From: Candidatus Liptonbacteria bacterium
Lineage (GTDB): Bacteria; Patescibacteriota; Minisyncoccia; UBA6257; 2-01-FULL-56-20
Assembly (NCBI GenBank): GCA_016204355.1
Contig: JACQKT010000018.1
Span: 4,987 to 68,986 of the forward strand
Length of the DNA: 64,000 nucleotides
Reading direction: 5' to 3'
Positions 1 through 8,988 of this stretch are shown here, in pieces. The first letter of the stretch is position 1, and each line of letters opens with the position of its first letter. The translations under genes and the position numbers were made by a program. The notes beneath the pieces were generated by a model that saw only the letters and a list, made by a program, of their open reading frames with translations, did not search any database and was not told the DNA's origin.

Positions 1-153
1 GACGTGCTCGACTTGCGCGTGCCCCTTATAGTCGGCAGGCATTACAATCAGACCGACAAAGAATCCCGCGAACGCGCGGCGATGGAGAAAATCTTCGCTC
101 GCTACAGGACATGGCAAGAACGCATCAGCAAGGTCGTCGAGAAATTCAGTTAG
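1..153 (+). CDS. 3' end of a gene running off the window start (partial); strand not fully resolved
   Basis: Frame +1 is open from the window edge to TAG at 151-153 and has a GC-rich third position (about 70%), unlike the AT-rich flank. A minus-strand frame (ATG at 195-193) is also open across the same bases. Confidence 0.3.
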   Translation, partial: DVLDLRVPLIVGRHYNQTDKESRERAAMEKIFARYRTWQERISKVVEKFS

Positions 154-430
154 CAGGTTTTCCGCCGGTTGCTCCATGAGCGCCGGCGGATTCATTTTAT
201 AGAACTAAAATATCGGTCCCATAAGTCCGAGGACGACTATCACCGCGAAGATTATGATAAGAACCTTTTTGAGAATATTCACGTTTCAATCTTAACTCAT
301 TTTTTACTTATTGAATAATTCCCGGAAAGAGATTAAATTTAATGAGAATATAGGTGGCGGGCTGTAAGAAAAGCTTGCATCCCGGACGTTCGAATAAAAT
401 GGTTATAAGCAACCATTTTATTCCTCACTA

Positions 431-504
431 CGGGCTGTAGTATACCGGCAGTACGTGCGCTTCGGGTGCGTAAAGACCGGGTTCGATTCCCGGCAGCCCG
501 ACCA
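431..504 (+). tRNA. tRNA-Pro (anticodon CGG)
   Basis: Hand-folded cloverleaf: acceptor CGGGCUG/CAGCCCG, D-stem GUAU/GUAC, anticodon stem UGCGC/GCGUA with loop UUCGGGU, T-arm CCGGG-UUCGAUU-CCCGG, encoded CCA. Confidence 0.65.
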
Positions 505-520
505 AAAAATTTCTTGAAGT

Positions 521-556
521 AAAAAAATCCGCGTGGGCAGTTGTTCCACGCGGGCG
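521..556 (-). terminator. intrinsic terminator downstream of the 586..969 gene
   Basis: Perfect 8-bp hairpin CCGCGTGG-gcagttgtt-CCACGCGG followed on the minus strand by a U7 tract, about 30 nt after the stop codon. Confidence 0.55.
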
Positions 557-585
557 CTTCTTGGAGGGGCGGACGTTTTTCAAAC

Positions 586-969
586 TCATCGCTTTGAGGG
601 ACTCTTGCCCTTTCGACGATGTTTCACTCCTATCTTTTCAAAAACATGCCAATGAGGAGATCCGCCACCTAGGGTGTATGAACTTTTCGTGTCTGCATTA
701 ACGACCGTACCGACGAACCGAAGCTGGCTCAATTTTTCCTTTGTGAGCCTAAGCGTGTCTCCGACGCGCAAAGCTACAAAATGCCTTTTCATTTCCATCT
801 TTCTGGTGTCAGCGAGTGCGAAAAGCGTCAGAATTCCTCCAACCATCTTGCACGAAAGGATCTGCGCTCCGCGATTTATTTTGATTATTGCGCTTCGCTC
901 AATCATCAGAAACTGATATATCTGGTACACGATAACCTCCTTTATGGTAGACGTTAAGGCTTTAGCCAT
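586..969 (-). CDS. hypothetical protein (127 aa)
   Basis: Complete ORF with an intrinsic terminator directly downstream. No family recognised. Confidence 0.4.
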   Translation of the reverse strand: MAKALTSTIKEVIVYQIYQFLMIERSAIIKINRGAQILSCKMVGGILTLFALADTRKMEMKRHFVALRVGDTLRLTKEKLSQLRFVGTVVNADTKSSYTLGGGSPHWHVFEKIGVKHRRKGKSPSKR

Positions 970-1124
970 TCTCTCAAGGTACGGAAACCCTGTGGCGCAA
1001 GCGCCGCAGAGGTATCAAGCATAGCTGTAGCAAGCCTGATTACGAAACTAAATATAATATAATCTGCATTAAAAGCCAGTTAAATCGGCGAGGAAATAAA
1101 TGTTTAAAGTTTAATTATTCAGAC

Positions 1125-1577
1125 CTATTCTTCTAGCTTCTTTTCGATGCTTTCGAGATGTTCGTCAAGATGATTAGTCACATCTTCGAACTTTTTTTCG
1201 AGATCTTTCAGGCGCTGCGTTTCTGTTTTCTCCTCTGATTCGGTTTCTCTCGCAATTTTTTCCACTTTTTCTTCTTCCTTTTCAACGGTAGATAATATTT
1301 GTGAACCGATAAAATCCGTTACAAAAAGTCCGGTCGCAAAAAGCATCACGAACCCGATAAGCGTTGAAACAGCCCCATCCCAAAATTGGTTGTAGTTTAC
1401 GACAAAAGTGCTGTCATGCCCAAAAAAGAAAATGGAAAAGAAATCCGCCATATACCATACTCCACGCCAAAAAAGAACTATACCTATTGCTCCGATTACC
1501 GCGTAAGCTACCGGATATTCCTTTAATTTTGTCCTGACTCCCTTGAAAAATTTTCCTACGGGCGCGAATAGTTTCAT
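1125..1577 (-). CDS. hypothetical membrane protein with acidic coiled-coil C-terminus
   Basis: 150-aa ORF with hydrophobic N-terminal segments, then an E/K-rich helical tail (EKEEEKVEKIARETESEEK...). Confidence 0.5.
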   Translation of the reverse strand: MKLFAPVGKFFKGVRTKLKEYPVAYAVIGAIGIVLFWRGVWYMADFFSIFFFGHDSTFVVNYNQFWDGAVSTLIGFVMLFATGLFVTDFIGSQILSTVEKEEEKVEKIARETESEEKTETQRLKDLEKKFEDVTNHLDEHLESIEKKLEE

Positions 1578-1696
1578 AATTCTAAACGTTAAGTGCTTCG
1601 CGGCGGTTACTGTACATAGTACTTTTCCTTCACCTCATCTTTCCGCCTAGGCAATCCGGGCGGGGCTTGCCAAATTTTATTGGGCAGCAATTTTGC

Positions 1697-3169
1697 CTAC
1701 TTAACAAAATATCTTTTTTTCATACTTTCTTCAATCCCCTCTTCGAATTCGTCTTTTTTGTCCTTGGCTTTTTCGGCAAGCACAGAGAGTTCCTTTTCCT
1801 TCATTTTGCCGAGTTCGCGGACCCTAGATTCCAGATATTCCGCGTCGTTTTTCGCCGGGTCATCAAGAACTTCTTCAAGAAGTACCGAAAGAATATTGCC
1901 GACACGCGGACCGGGTTCGATTCCCAAAATTTTCATTACGCCATCGCCTTTTATTTTCAACATCTTCGGCGAAACGGGGTCCTTTTTCACCTTCTCCATC
2001 ATAAAAAGCAGGTGACGCGTTTTGTAAGGTACGGCCTTGGGCACGCCGGAACCGATTCTGTCCGCCTCTCTCAATTTCAAAAGGTCGGGAATCGTTTCGG
2101 GGCCGACGCGCGCAATGAATCTCCGTACTCCGGCTTCGCTGACCTCGCCGACGTTGTAATAAAACATATGATATCGGACGAGGTGCGCCACTTTTTCTAT
2201 CGTTTCTTTTGAAAAGCGCAGATTTTCCAGGACCGCTACCGTCATTTTGGCGCCAATAACATCGTGCCCATAAAAAGTGGAGCTAGGACCTTCCCCTCTT
2301 TTTGCTTTGGGTTTGCCGAGATCATGAAGAAGCGATGCAAGACGAATCTCAATTGAATAATTTTTTTTAGCGGCATAATCGAGCGATCTAACGTTGTGCT
2401 CGAAAACAGTATAAATATGGTGCTTGTTCTGCGCTACGCCGATTCCCTCGCGGAGTTCCGGCAAAACGTAACGGAGCAAATTCAATTCTTCCAAAAGTAT
2501 TATTCCGCCGGCGGCATTGTCGGATATTATTATCTTTACGAATTCATCGCGTATCCTTTCCTTGGCTATCGTTTCCAAAATGCCGGACAATTTCTCCACG
2601 GCGCGTCTTGTATTGAATTCTACCTGCCATCCCGATTCCGTTGCGAAACGAACCGCCCTCATTAGGCGAAGCGCGTCTTCGTTGAATCTTTCCTCCGGGT
2701 TGCCGACTGTTTTTATAATTCCGTCTTTGACGTCCTTCTGTCCGTCGAAAGGGTCAATTATTTTCTTGCTGGATTCCGACAGGTCCATTGCTATGGCGTT
2801 TACGGTAAAATCGCGGCGGCTTAGGTCTTCTTCGACTGTTTTCGCGAATTTTATTTCGTCGGGATGGCGTTTGTCGGTATATTTCCCCTCTAGTCTGAAA
2901 GTGGTTATTTCCACTATTTTTAATTTTTCGTTTTCCGAATCTGTTTTTACGGCAACAGTGCCGAAATTGTTTTCATAAAGGCTCTCCGGAAAAATATTTT
3001 GTATTTCTTCCGGTTTGGCGTCCGTGGTTATATCCCAGTCTTTCGGTTCTTTCCCTATCAAAATGTCCCTGACGCATCCCCCAACCAAATACGCCTTGAA
3101 GCCCGCCTTTTTCAACTTGGCGCCAACCGCGGATATTTCTTTGGGAATGACTGCTTTCATACTTTCCAT
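1697..3169 (-). CDS. cca: CCA-adding tRNA nucleotidyltransferase (Pol-beta head plus HD domain)
   Basis: GGCVRDILIG...DWDITTD nucleotidyltransferase signature, a downstream HD-domain motif (HDLGKP) and a long charged C-terminal tail. Family call is from established motifs. Confidence 0.8.
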   Translation of the reverse strand: MESMKAVIPKEISAVGAKLKKAGFKAYLVGGCVRDILIGKEPKDWDITTDAKPEEIQNIFPESLYENNFGTVAVKTDSENEKLKIVEITTFRLEGKYTDKRHPDEIKFAKTVEEDLSRRDFTVNAIAMDLSESSKKIIDPFDGQKDVKDGIIKTVGNPEERFNEDALRLMRAVRFATESGWQVEFNTRRAVEKLSGILETIAKERIRDEFVKIIISDNAAGGIILLEELNLLRYVLPELREGIGVAQNKHHIYTVFEHNVRSLDYAAKKNYSIEIRLASLLHDLGKPKAKRGEGPSSTFYGHDVIGAKMTVAVLENLRFSKETIEKVAHLVRYHMFYYNVGEVSEAGVRRFIARVGPETIPDLLKLREADRIGSGVPKAVPYKTRHLLFMMEKVKKDPVSPKMLKIKGDGVMKILGIEPGPRVGNILSVLLEEVLDDPAKNDAEYLESRVRELGKMKEKELSVLAEKAKDKKDEFEEGIEESMKKRYFVK

Positions 3170-3198
3170 TATATATCCTGACGGCTATGTCTGCTTCC

Positions 3199-4332
3199 CT
3201 ACCTGATTTCGGCGCCGAATTGTTTTTTGGTTTCCTCCGTGATTTTTTCCTGCAAAGGCGAAATTTCTTCCGTAAGAAGAGTACGTTCGTTGCTTCTGTA
3301 AACTATTCTGTACGTATAACTTATTTTACCGAGGCCGAATTTCTCCGGATTCTCGTATTTATCGAGTAATGAGACTTCTTCAACCAAATCCCCGCCGATA
3401 TCGCGGATAAGGTCGAAATAATTGTTCGGAACAAAATCCGCGCCAACGATGAAAGAAATATCCCGTGTAATCTGCGGATACTTGGAAACCTCCGCAAATT
3501 TCTGTCCGAGCTTCAATTGTTTAACCACTCTTGGGTCTTTCGACCATAAAATCCGGATGTCAGGCAGCTCCATGGAAGCAATGGCCAAGCGTTCCAAGCC
3601 GAAGCCGAAAGCCCAGCCGTTATAACCGGTCAAACCCAAATTTGCGAGCACGCTTTTTCTCACCAAGCCCGAACCGAGCATTTCTATCCATTGGCCGTTG
3701 ATCTCCGCTTCCATTTCATAACTAGGGTCGGTGTACGGAAAGTTGTGGTCGTAAAAGCGGAATTTGGTACTGCCGAAAATGCTCGTGGCTATTTCCGATA
3801 AGACGTTTTTCAAATCATCTGAAGTAATGATTCTTTTGTCATCGGGGGCGATAAGCCAGCCTCCGAATTGATGAAAGACGTTCATGTGACGTCTGTCGAT
3901 TTCGTCTTTACGATATACCTTGCCGTAGCAAATCGCGCCAAGAGTTTCTTTATTTTCGATTCTTTTTTTAATTTCCGGCTGATTCAGGTAGTAATACCAA
4001 AAAACCGTATCGTGAGTCCTAAGCACGTTTTCGTCATCTACGTAATATGTATCGGACTTGCTGCGTGCGGGATGTCCCGGCGGCATGTTAAAAAGATCGA
4101 ACAGAATTCGCGCGGGAACTATCTCGGGGATTTTTATATCGTCGAATCCTTCGAGGCTTTTTACTTTCTTTGCCCTATCCACTATTTCTTTAAGAGGACT
4201 GCCCTCGGTCCGGGATAAATCGGGCATATCGAGGAATCTTTTTATCCGCGCCGTCTCCGCATCCGTCCGCTTTTCGAGTTCGGCCTTCAAATGTTCTTCC
4301 TCTGGAGAAGCGACAATTATTTCGGAATTCAT
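3199..4332 (-). CDS. pheS: phenylalanine--tRNA ligase alpha subunit
   Basis: Class II aaRS motifs: HPARSKSDTYY (motif 2 region) and GFGLERLAIASMELPDIR (motif 3 region) typical of PheS. Confidence 0.85.
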   Translation of the reverse strand: MNSEIIVASPEEEHLKAELEKRTDAETARIKRFLDMPDLSRTEGSPLKEIVDRAKKVKSLEGFDDIKIPEIVPARILFDLFNMPPGHPARSKSDTYYVDDENVLRTHDTVFWYYYLNQPEIKKRIENKETLGAICYGKVYRKDEIDRRHMNVFHQFGGWLIAPDDKRIITSDDLKNVLSEIATSIFGSTKFRFYDHNFPYTDPSYEMEAEINGQWIEMLGSGLVRKSVLANLGLTGYNGWAFGFGLERLAIASMELPDIRILWSKDPRVVKQLKLGQKFAEVSKYPQITRDISFIVGADFVPNNYFDLIRDIGGDLVEEVSLLDKYENPEKFGLGKISYTYRIVYRSNERTLLTEEISPLQEKITEETKKQFGAEIR

Positions 4333-4424
4333 ATGTATTTATCGTTTCTAATTCAATTAATCGTATAAAAAAAGTGTTTTTTATTCAATATTTCGTTAGG
4401 CGAACATCGTATAAAGCTTTTAAG

Positions 4425-4460
4425 TAAAAAAAAAGGGCAGCGACTGGTGTGCCCTGCCCT
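4425..4460 (-). terminator. intrinsic terminator downstream of the GC-rich gene 4521..5090
   Basis: Hairpin AGGGCAG-cgactggtgtgc-CCTGCCCT followed on the minus strand by U9 (plus-strand A9 at 4425-4433). Confidence 0.5.
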
Positions 4461-4520
4461 AATGTGCCTTTCCGGAACTTTTGATCCCGGGTGGCGCTCG
4501 CTTCTGCCTACTCGCTGTGG

Positions 4521-5090
4521 TCAGGCAGCCTTGCTAGTTGTCCGGCTGGCGGCGCGGGCGGCTTTGCGTGCCGTTCTGCTCAACCTTCCGGAAAACCTGA
4601 CGCAGCGGTGAAAATGTTCCGCCACGCGCTTGATCTCAACTGCGCTTCCTTTTCGTTTTCCGTCACCAACTTTCTCGAGGATTTCTTTTTCGATTCGCTC
4701 GGTGTAAACGAGCGACGCTTGGAGGATTTCCATAAAGTGATCCAGCAAGCACATGGTTCCGCCGTGCATCAGCGTCAAAACAACATTCTGCCACGGTTCG
4801 CTGTTGAAAACCTGACCCGCGTTTATCCAATCTTCGCGAGTGGGGCGTGGTACGCCGCGCTCGCCGTTCAAGATAAACGACTTTTGCGCTTCAAGCAAGC
4901 TCAGCGCCCGCCAAAGATTGTCTTTCGACGTTGATACCATTTGCAGTACTGCTTCAGAATTCAGTTTCGTCCCCTTGAGGATTGTGTCCTCCAGGTCGAC
5001 GCTGGCTCTCCCCAGCATTTCATAGGCCAGTTTTGCCGGCCCGAATGCGACAGCCAGTCCTGCAAAGAAATCGTGGTGGTCCATCTTCAT
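4521..5090 (-). CDS. hypothetical protein (189 aa), compositionally distinct (GC-rich)
   Basis: Complete ORF in a locally GC-rich segment (about 4440-5100) with its own terminator and an Arg/Ala-rich C-terminus. No confident family. Confidence 0.55.
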   Translation of the reverse strand: MKMDHHDFFAGLAVAFGPAKLAYEMLGRASVDLEDTILKGTKLNSEAVLQMVSTSKDNLWRALSLLEAQKSFILNGERGVPRPTREDWINAGQVFNSEPWQNVVLTLMHGGTMCLLDHFMEILQASLVYTERIEKEILEKVGDGKRKGSAVEIKRVAEHFHRCVRFSGRLSRTARKAARAASRTTSKAA

Positions 5091-5353
5091 CTTCTTTCTC
5101 CTGGTTCTGCGTTTTTTCGATTAAAGTTACCGCGAACAAAAGGCTTTCCTTGTCCGCTCAAAAACATTATAACCAAAAGTACATTTAAATCAAATTTCGG
5201 AGCGAGCCGCCCAATAAAATTTTGGGCAAGCCCCGCTCAAAAATTGCTTCCACTTTTTGAGCAGGTGAAGGGAATCCCTATCCGCCGAAACCTTGCCGCA
5301 GGCGGAGAACTCACCTCACTACGCTTGGCCCCACACAAATTTTTGCGAGATTT

Positions 5354-5427
5354 TGGAGCGAGAGACGGGAATCGAACCCGCGTATCTTGCTTGGGAAGCA
5401 AGCGCACTACCATTGTGCTACTCTCGC
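5354..5427 (-). tRNA. tRNA-Gly (anticodon CCC)
   Basis: Reverse complement folds as GCGAGAG-UA-GCAC-AAUGGUA-GUGC-G-CUUGC-UUCCCAA-GCAAG-AUAC-GCGGG-UUCGAUU-CCCGU-CUCUCGC-U-CCA. Confidence 0.8.
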
Positions 5428-5537
5428 AAAAATTATGCGGGATTGCGTTTTTGTAATTAGCTTCGCTCAAACAAAAACGGGAAGAAGGTCGCGTACCGCC
5501 ACTGTACTACACCCGCAAAAGCTTCGAAAATTTTTTA

Positions 5538-6170
5538 TCAATCTTTTATCAGAGGAACGAAACTGAAACCCGGATATTCCTTTTCCTCAAAACTTTTTTC
5601 GGAAACCTTCTCGAAAACAAAAACGCTGTTTTTTATAGGGACAATCATTTTACCGCCTACTTTAAGCTGCTCTTTCCATGCGTCAGGCAATGACTTTCCC
5701 GATGCAGCCGCGATTATCTTATCAAAAGGAGCTTCTCCGGGAAAGCCTTTTGAGCCGTCCGCCAAAATCGCGCGTACGATTCCACTTTCGATAAAGCCGT
5801 ATTTCGAGACGTTAGTTTCGGTCATTTTCCGCAATTCCGGAATTCTCTCGACGGCTACGACTTTTCCCTTTGACGATTTGCCTACTACATAAGCGAGCAG
5901 GCACGTCTGCCAACCCGAGCCGGAACCGATATCCAAGATTTTTTCTCCGGGATGCGGCTGAAGAAGCTCGAGCATAAACGCTACAGTCAAAGGCTGGGAA
6001 ATTGTTTGTCCGAAGCCTATTGGCAAAGGATAATTGCCATAAGCTTCGCCCTTAAGGTCTTCTGGAACGAAATCTTTTCTGTCTATTTTTGTGAATGCGT
6101 CTTTTAGGGCGGGAGTTTTCAAATAACCTTCGTTCAGCAGTCCTTCGACAAGTTTTTCGTTTTCGTTCAT
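5538..6170 (-). CDS. pcm: protein-L-isoaspartate O-methyltransferase
   Basis: GQTISQPLTVAFMLELL and ILDIGSGSGWQT SAM-binding motifs characteristic of PCMT. Confidence 0.75.
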   Translation of the reverse strand: MNENEKLVEGLLNEGYLKTPALKDAFTKIDRKDFVPEDLKGEAYGNYPLPIGFGQTISQPLTVAFMLELLQPHPGEKILDIGSGSGWQTCLLAYVVGKSSKGKVVAVERIPELRKMTETNVSKYGFIESGIVRAILADGSKGFPGEAPFDKIIAAASGKSLPDAWKEQLKVGGKMIVPIKNSVFVFEKVSEKSFEEKEYPGFSFVPLIKD

Positions 6171-6188
6171 ATCGCAAACCGAAATGAA

Positions 6189-6758
6189 TCACCGCACGCC
6201 GACATTTTCTCCGTCCCAGTAAAATCTGCCGGACAGAACAATTACGCTGCTTGATTTCTTAGCCGTTTGAAGCCAGTCGTCTATTTTTTCTCCTTTCAAA
6301 AGGAGGTTTCCGGTAAGAATGTCCCGCTTCGCCTGGGGAACCAGAATATCTTTTTTAAAATCCTCGAGCGTAATCCCATAAAAGGCGCTTATCGCCTTTT
6401 CCGCGTCCGGGAAAGCAATCGCCTGATTCACCTTTTCATCGATCATTTTATTCAGATTGCCGCCAACCTCTTTCCGCACTCCTCCGTCTATCAGCGCATT
6501 TTCTATCAACTGCGACAAAACGGACTGTCCTATTTGGTCCTCTGTTAAAGAAGTTTGGGCAGAAGAACTTGCATTGCCGGCTTTCAACAAATTTTTATAA
6601 TATGTCGAGGCTATTGAATAATCATGCGCAAAACTCTTTGCCGGTATGAAGTGGCCGTTAACGATGGCTACCGGATAGTATCCTGAAGAAACCAGAAAAA
6701 CCGCGGAAGTGCCTATTCCAAAAATAATAAAGAAAGCGATATAGAATCTGTAATTCAT
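6189..6758 (-). CDS. membrane-anchored hypothetical protein (SurA N-domain-like chaperone fold suspected)
   Basis: N-terminal signal-anchor followed by a helical domain. Weak resemblance only. Confidence 0.45.
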   Translation of the reverse strand: MNYRFYIAFFIIFGIGTSAVFLVSSGYYPVAIVNGHFIPAKSFAHDYSIASTYYKNLLKAGNASSSAQTSLTEDQIGQSVLSQLIENALIDGGVRKEVGGNLNKMIDEKVNQAIAFPDAEKAISAFYGITLEDFKKDILVPQAKRDILTGNLLLKGEKIDDWLQTAKKSSSVIVLSGRFYWDGENVGVR

Positions 6759-6879
6759 CCCTTTAGAGACAGGTTGTCTTTAGACAGCTGTATATCAGCG
6801 GCTTGAACCACAACCGATTTCTTTAAGCAGAAATTAAAAGATGTTCTACGAATCGTGGATTGATTGTTTCTAACGGGAT

Positions 6880-7161
6880 TCATTGGTTGGTGGAAGAAGA
6901 TTCGGGCACTATTATTATCATCTTTTCTCCCGGAAGTTTGTAATTAAATCTTGCTCGCAGTTCTTTTTCGAGGTTATTGGGGTTTGTGTAATAGCTGAAA
7001 TTGGCTTCCACCTTGCCGTAATCGCGCCGCGCTTCTTCAAGCTCTTTCTTCACCTGCGCGTAGCGGGTCTCGTTTTCGGTGTTTTTGGCAGAAAAAAAAC
7101 GTATTTGATTCCCGAGAACTATGAGTATGAGAGACAAGAAAATTGTTGCGGCTATTTTCAT
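6880..7161 (-). CDS. septum formation initiator family protein (FtsB/DivIC-like)
   Basis: Single N-terminal TM, coiled coil, and a C-terminal ELRARFNYKLPGEKMIIIV motif matching the FtsB/DivIC LxxxAREQLGMVxPGExV(I/V) signature. Confidence 0.55.
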   Translation of the reverse strand: MKIAATIFLSLILIVLGNQIRFFSAKNTENETRYAQVKKELEEARRDYGKVEANFSYYTNPNNLEKELRARFNYKLPGEKMIIIVPESSSTNQ

Positions 7162-7184
7162 TTACCTTAGAATAATTCAAACCC

Positions 7185-8987
7185 TCATTTTTTCAAAAGG
7201 TCGCGGAAAACTTTTGTCGGTACCACCACTCGCGACATTTCTTTAAGCTTCTTTTTGCCTTCTTTTTGCTTTTTCCAAAGCTTCATCTTCCTTGTTCTGT
7301 CGCCGCCGGTTTTGCCGAAGTTTCCCAAAAGCTTCTTCATCGCCGAGATGGTTTCCCTCGCAATTATACGGCCGCGCACTTTTGCCTGTACCGCCTGCAC
7401 GAATTGTTGTTTCGGTAAAAGTTCTTTCAGGCGTTCGACCGTAGTTCTCGCCTCGGATTCCGCTTCGTCCTTGAAAATTATCCTGGTTAGCGCGGATATC
7501 GGGTCTCCATTTACGAGTATTTCCAGTTTTTCCACCTCGGCAGGCGCTTCTCCCGCAACTTCGTAACTGAAAGATGCAAAACCCGAAGAAGCCGATTTTA
7601 TCTTGTCGTCGAATCCCCGCATAAGTTCTGCAAGGGGCATTCTCGCCGAGATAACGACGTAATTCCCGATGTTTTTTATTTCTATTATTTCGATGTGGAA
7701 CTTTTCGTTGAGCCCCAGAATTTGGTTTACAAATTCTGCCGGAGAAAATATTTCCACATCGATCATCGGCTGCAAAACTTTTTCCGGATTATCGGGAAAA
7801 TCGTTCGGGTCTTTTACAACTCTCGTTTCGCCGCCGCCTCTTACTGTATAGGCAGTCGACGGGAAACTTGCCAAAAACTCCAGCCCGAATTCCCTTTCGA
7901 GACGGCTTGTCGCAATTTCAAAATGCAGCTGGCCGAGAAACCCTACCTTCAACCCCCGCCCTAGAGCTTCGCTTGAATCCGGTTCGAATATCAAAGCCGA
8001 ATCGGTAAGATGCAGTCTCTCGAACGCCCTTTTCAGGTCTTCGAATTTGGTCTGCCCGTCCGGATATAAAGACACGAAAACAACTGGTGTCGGTTCCCTG
8101 TATCCTGGAAGCGACGCCCTTTCGGATTTGCGCGAAAACGGACCTGATTCAAAAATTGTATCCCCTATTTTAACAAGAGAAGGGTCTTTCATGCCCGTGG
8201 CCATGTATCCTATTTCGCCGGCAGAAATCTCTTTTCCGGGTTTAAGCTGAGGAGTGAAATATCCCAATTCTTTTATTTTGCACTTCGACTTCGCCGCAGC
8301 GAGTTCTATTTCGTCGCCTTCTTCGAATTTTCCGTCGAAAATTCTGACGAAAGCTATTATTCCCTTGTGATCGTCGTAAAGCGAGTCGAAAATAAGCGAA
8401 CGCGACGGCGACTCGGCAAAAACGTTTTTTGAGGAAGGCGCCGGGACTTTTTTCACGACCGCTTCGAGGAGCATCGGTACGCCTTCGCCGGTTTTTCCCG
8501 AGATGCGGAAGATTTCATTTTCGGCGACGCCTATCAGTTCCGCTAGAAGCTTTGCGGATTCGTCGGCTCGCGGCGGGTTCAAATCGATTTTGTTTATGGC
8601 TCCGATTATTTTCAAGCCGGCTTTTCTTGCCGCGCGAAAATTGGAAAGGGTCTGGGCTTGTATTCCTTTCGTCGCGTCGACCAAAAGTATCGCGCCCTCC
8701 ACTGCGGCAAGCGCGCGCGAAACCTCGTAAGAAAAATCCGAATGACCCGGCGTGTCTATCAGATTCAAAATGTAACTTTCCCCGTTGAGCGAGTAACTCA
8801 TGCGAACCGGCGCCATTTTTATGGTTATGCCGCGTTCTCTTTCAAGCTCAAGCTGGTCGAGATATTGGGGCTTCATACGTCGGGCTTCAACCGTTCCCGT
8901 CAATTCCAAAAGCCTGTCGGCCAGAGTCGATTTCCCGTGATCGATATGTGCGATTATTACGAAATTCCTTATATCTTCCTGATTCAT
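7185..8987 (-). CDS. lepA: elongation factor 4 (LepA)
   Basis: IRNFVIIAHIDHGKSTLADRL G1 motif and the LepA-specific basic C-terminal tail. Confidence 0.9.
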   Translation of the reverse strand: MNQEDIRNFVIIAHIDHGKSTLADRLLELTGTVEARRMKPQYLDQLELERERGITIKMAPVRMSYSLNGESYILNLIDTPGHSDFSYEVSRALAAVEGAILLVDATKGIQAQTLSNFRAARKAGLKIIGAINKIDLNPPRADESAKLLAELIGVAENEIFRISGKTGEGVPMLLEAVVKKVPAPSSKNVFAESPSRSLIFDSLYDDHKGIIAFVRIFDGKFEEGDEIELAAAKSKCKIKELGYFTPQLKPGKEISAGEIGYMATGMKDPSLVKIGDTIFESGPFSRKSERASLPGYREPTPVVFVSLYPDGQTKFEDLKRAFERLHLTDSALIFEPDSSEALGRGLKVGFLGQLHFEIATSRLEREFGLEFLASFPSTAYTVRGGGETRVVKDPNDFPDNPEKVLQPMIDVEIFSPAEFVNQILGLNEKFHIEIIEIKNIGNYVVISARMPLAELMRGFDDKIKSASSGFASFSYEVAGEAPAEVEKLEILVNGDPISALTRIIFKDEAESEARTTVERLKELLPKQQFVQAVQAKVRGRIIARETISAMKKLLGNFGKTGGDRTRKMKLWKKQKEGKKKLKEMSRVVVPTKVFRDLLKK

Positions 8988-8988
8988 T

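Noticed and set aside
154-223. Minus-strand ORF starting at ATG 195-193 and running off the window start, as an alternative to the plus-strand partial CDS 1..153
   Set aside because: Not excluded, but third-position GC bias favours the plus frame. Neither has a recognisable domain, so only the plus-strand call is listed, at low confidence.
5190-5210. 15-nt tRNA-Gly 3'-end look-alike as a definitive att site
   Set aside because: The match is short (about 13 of 15) and no integrase is present. It is kept only as a low-weight supporting observation in the findings.
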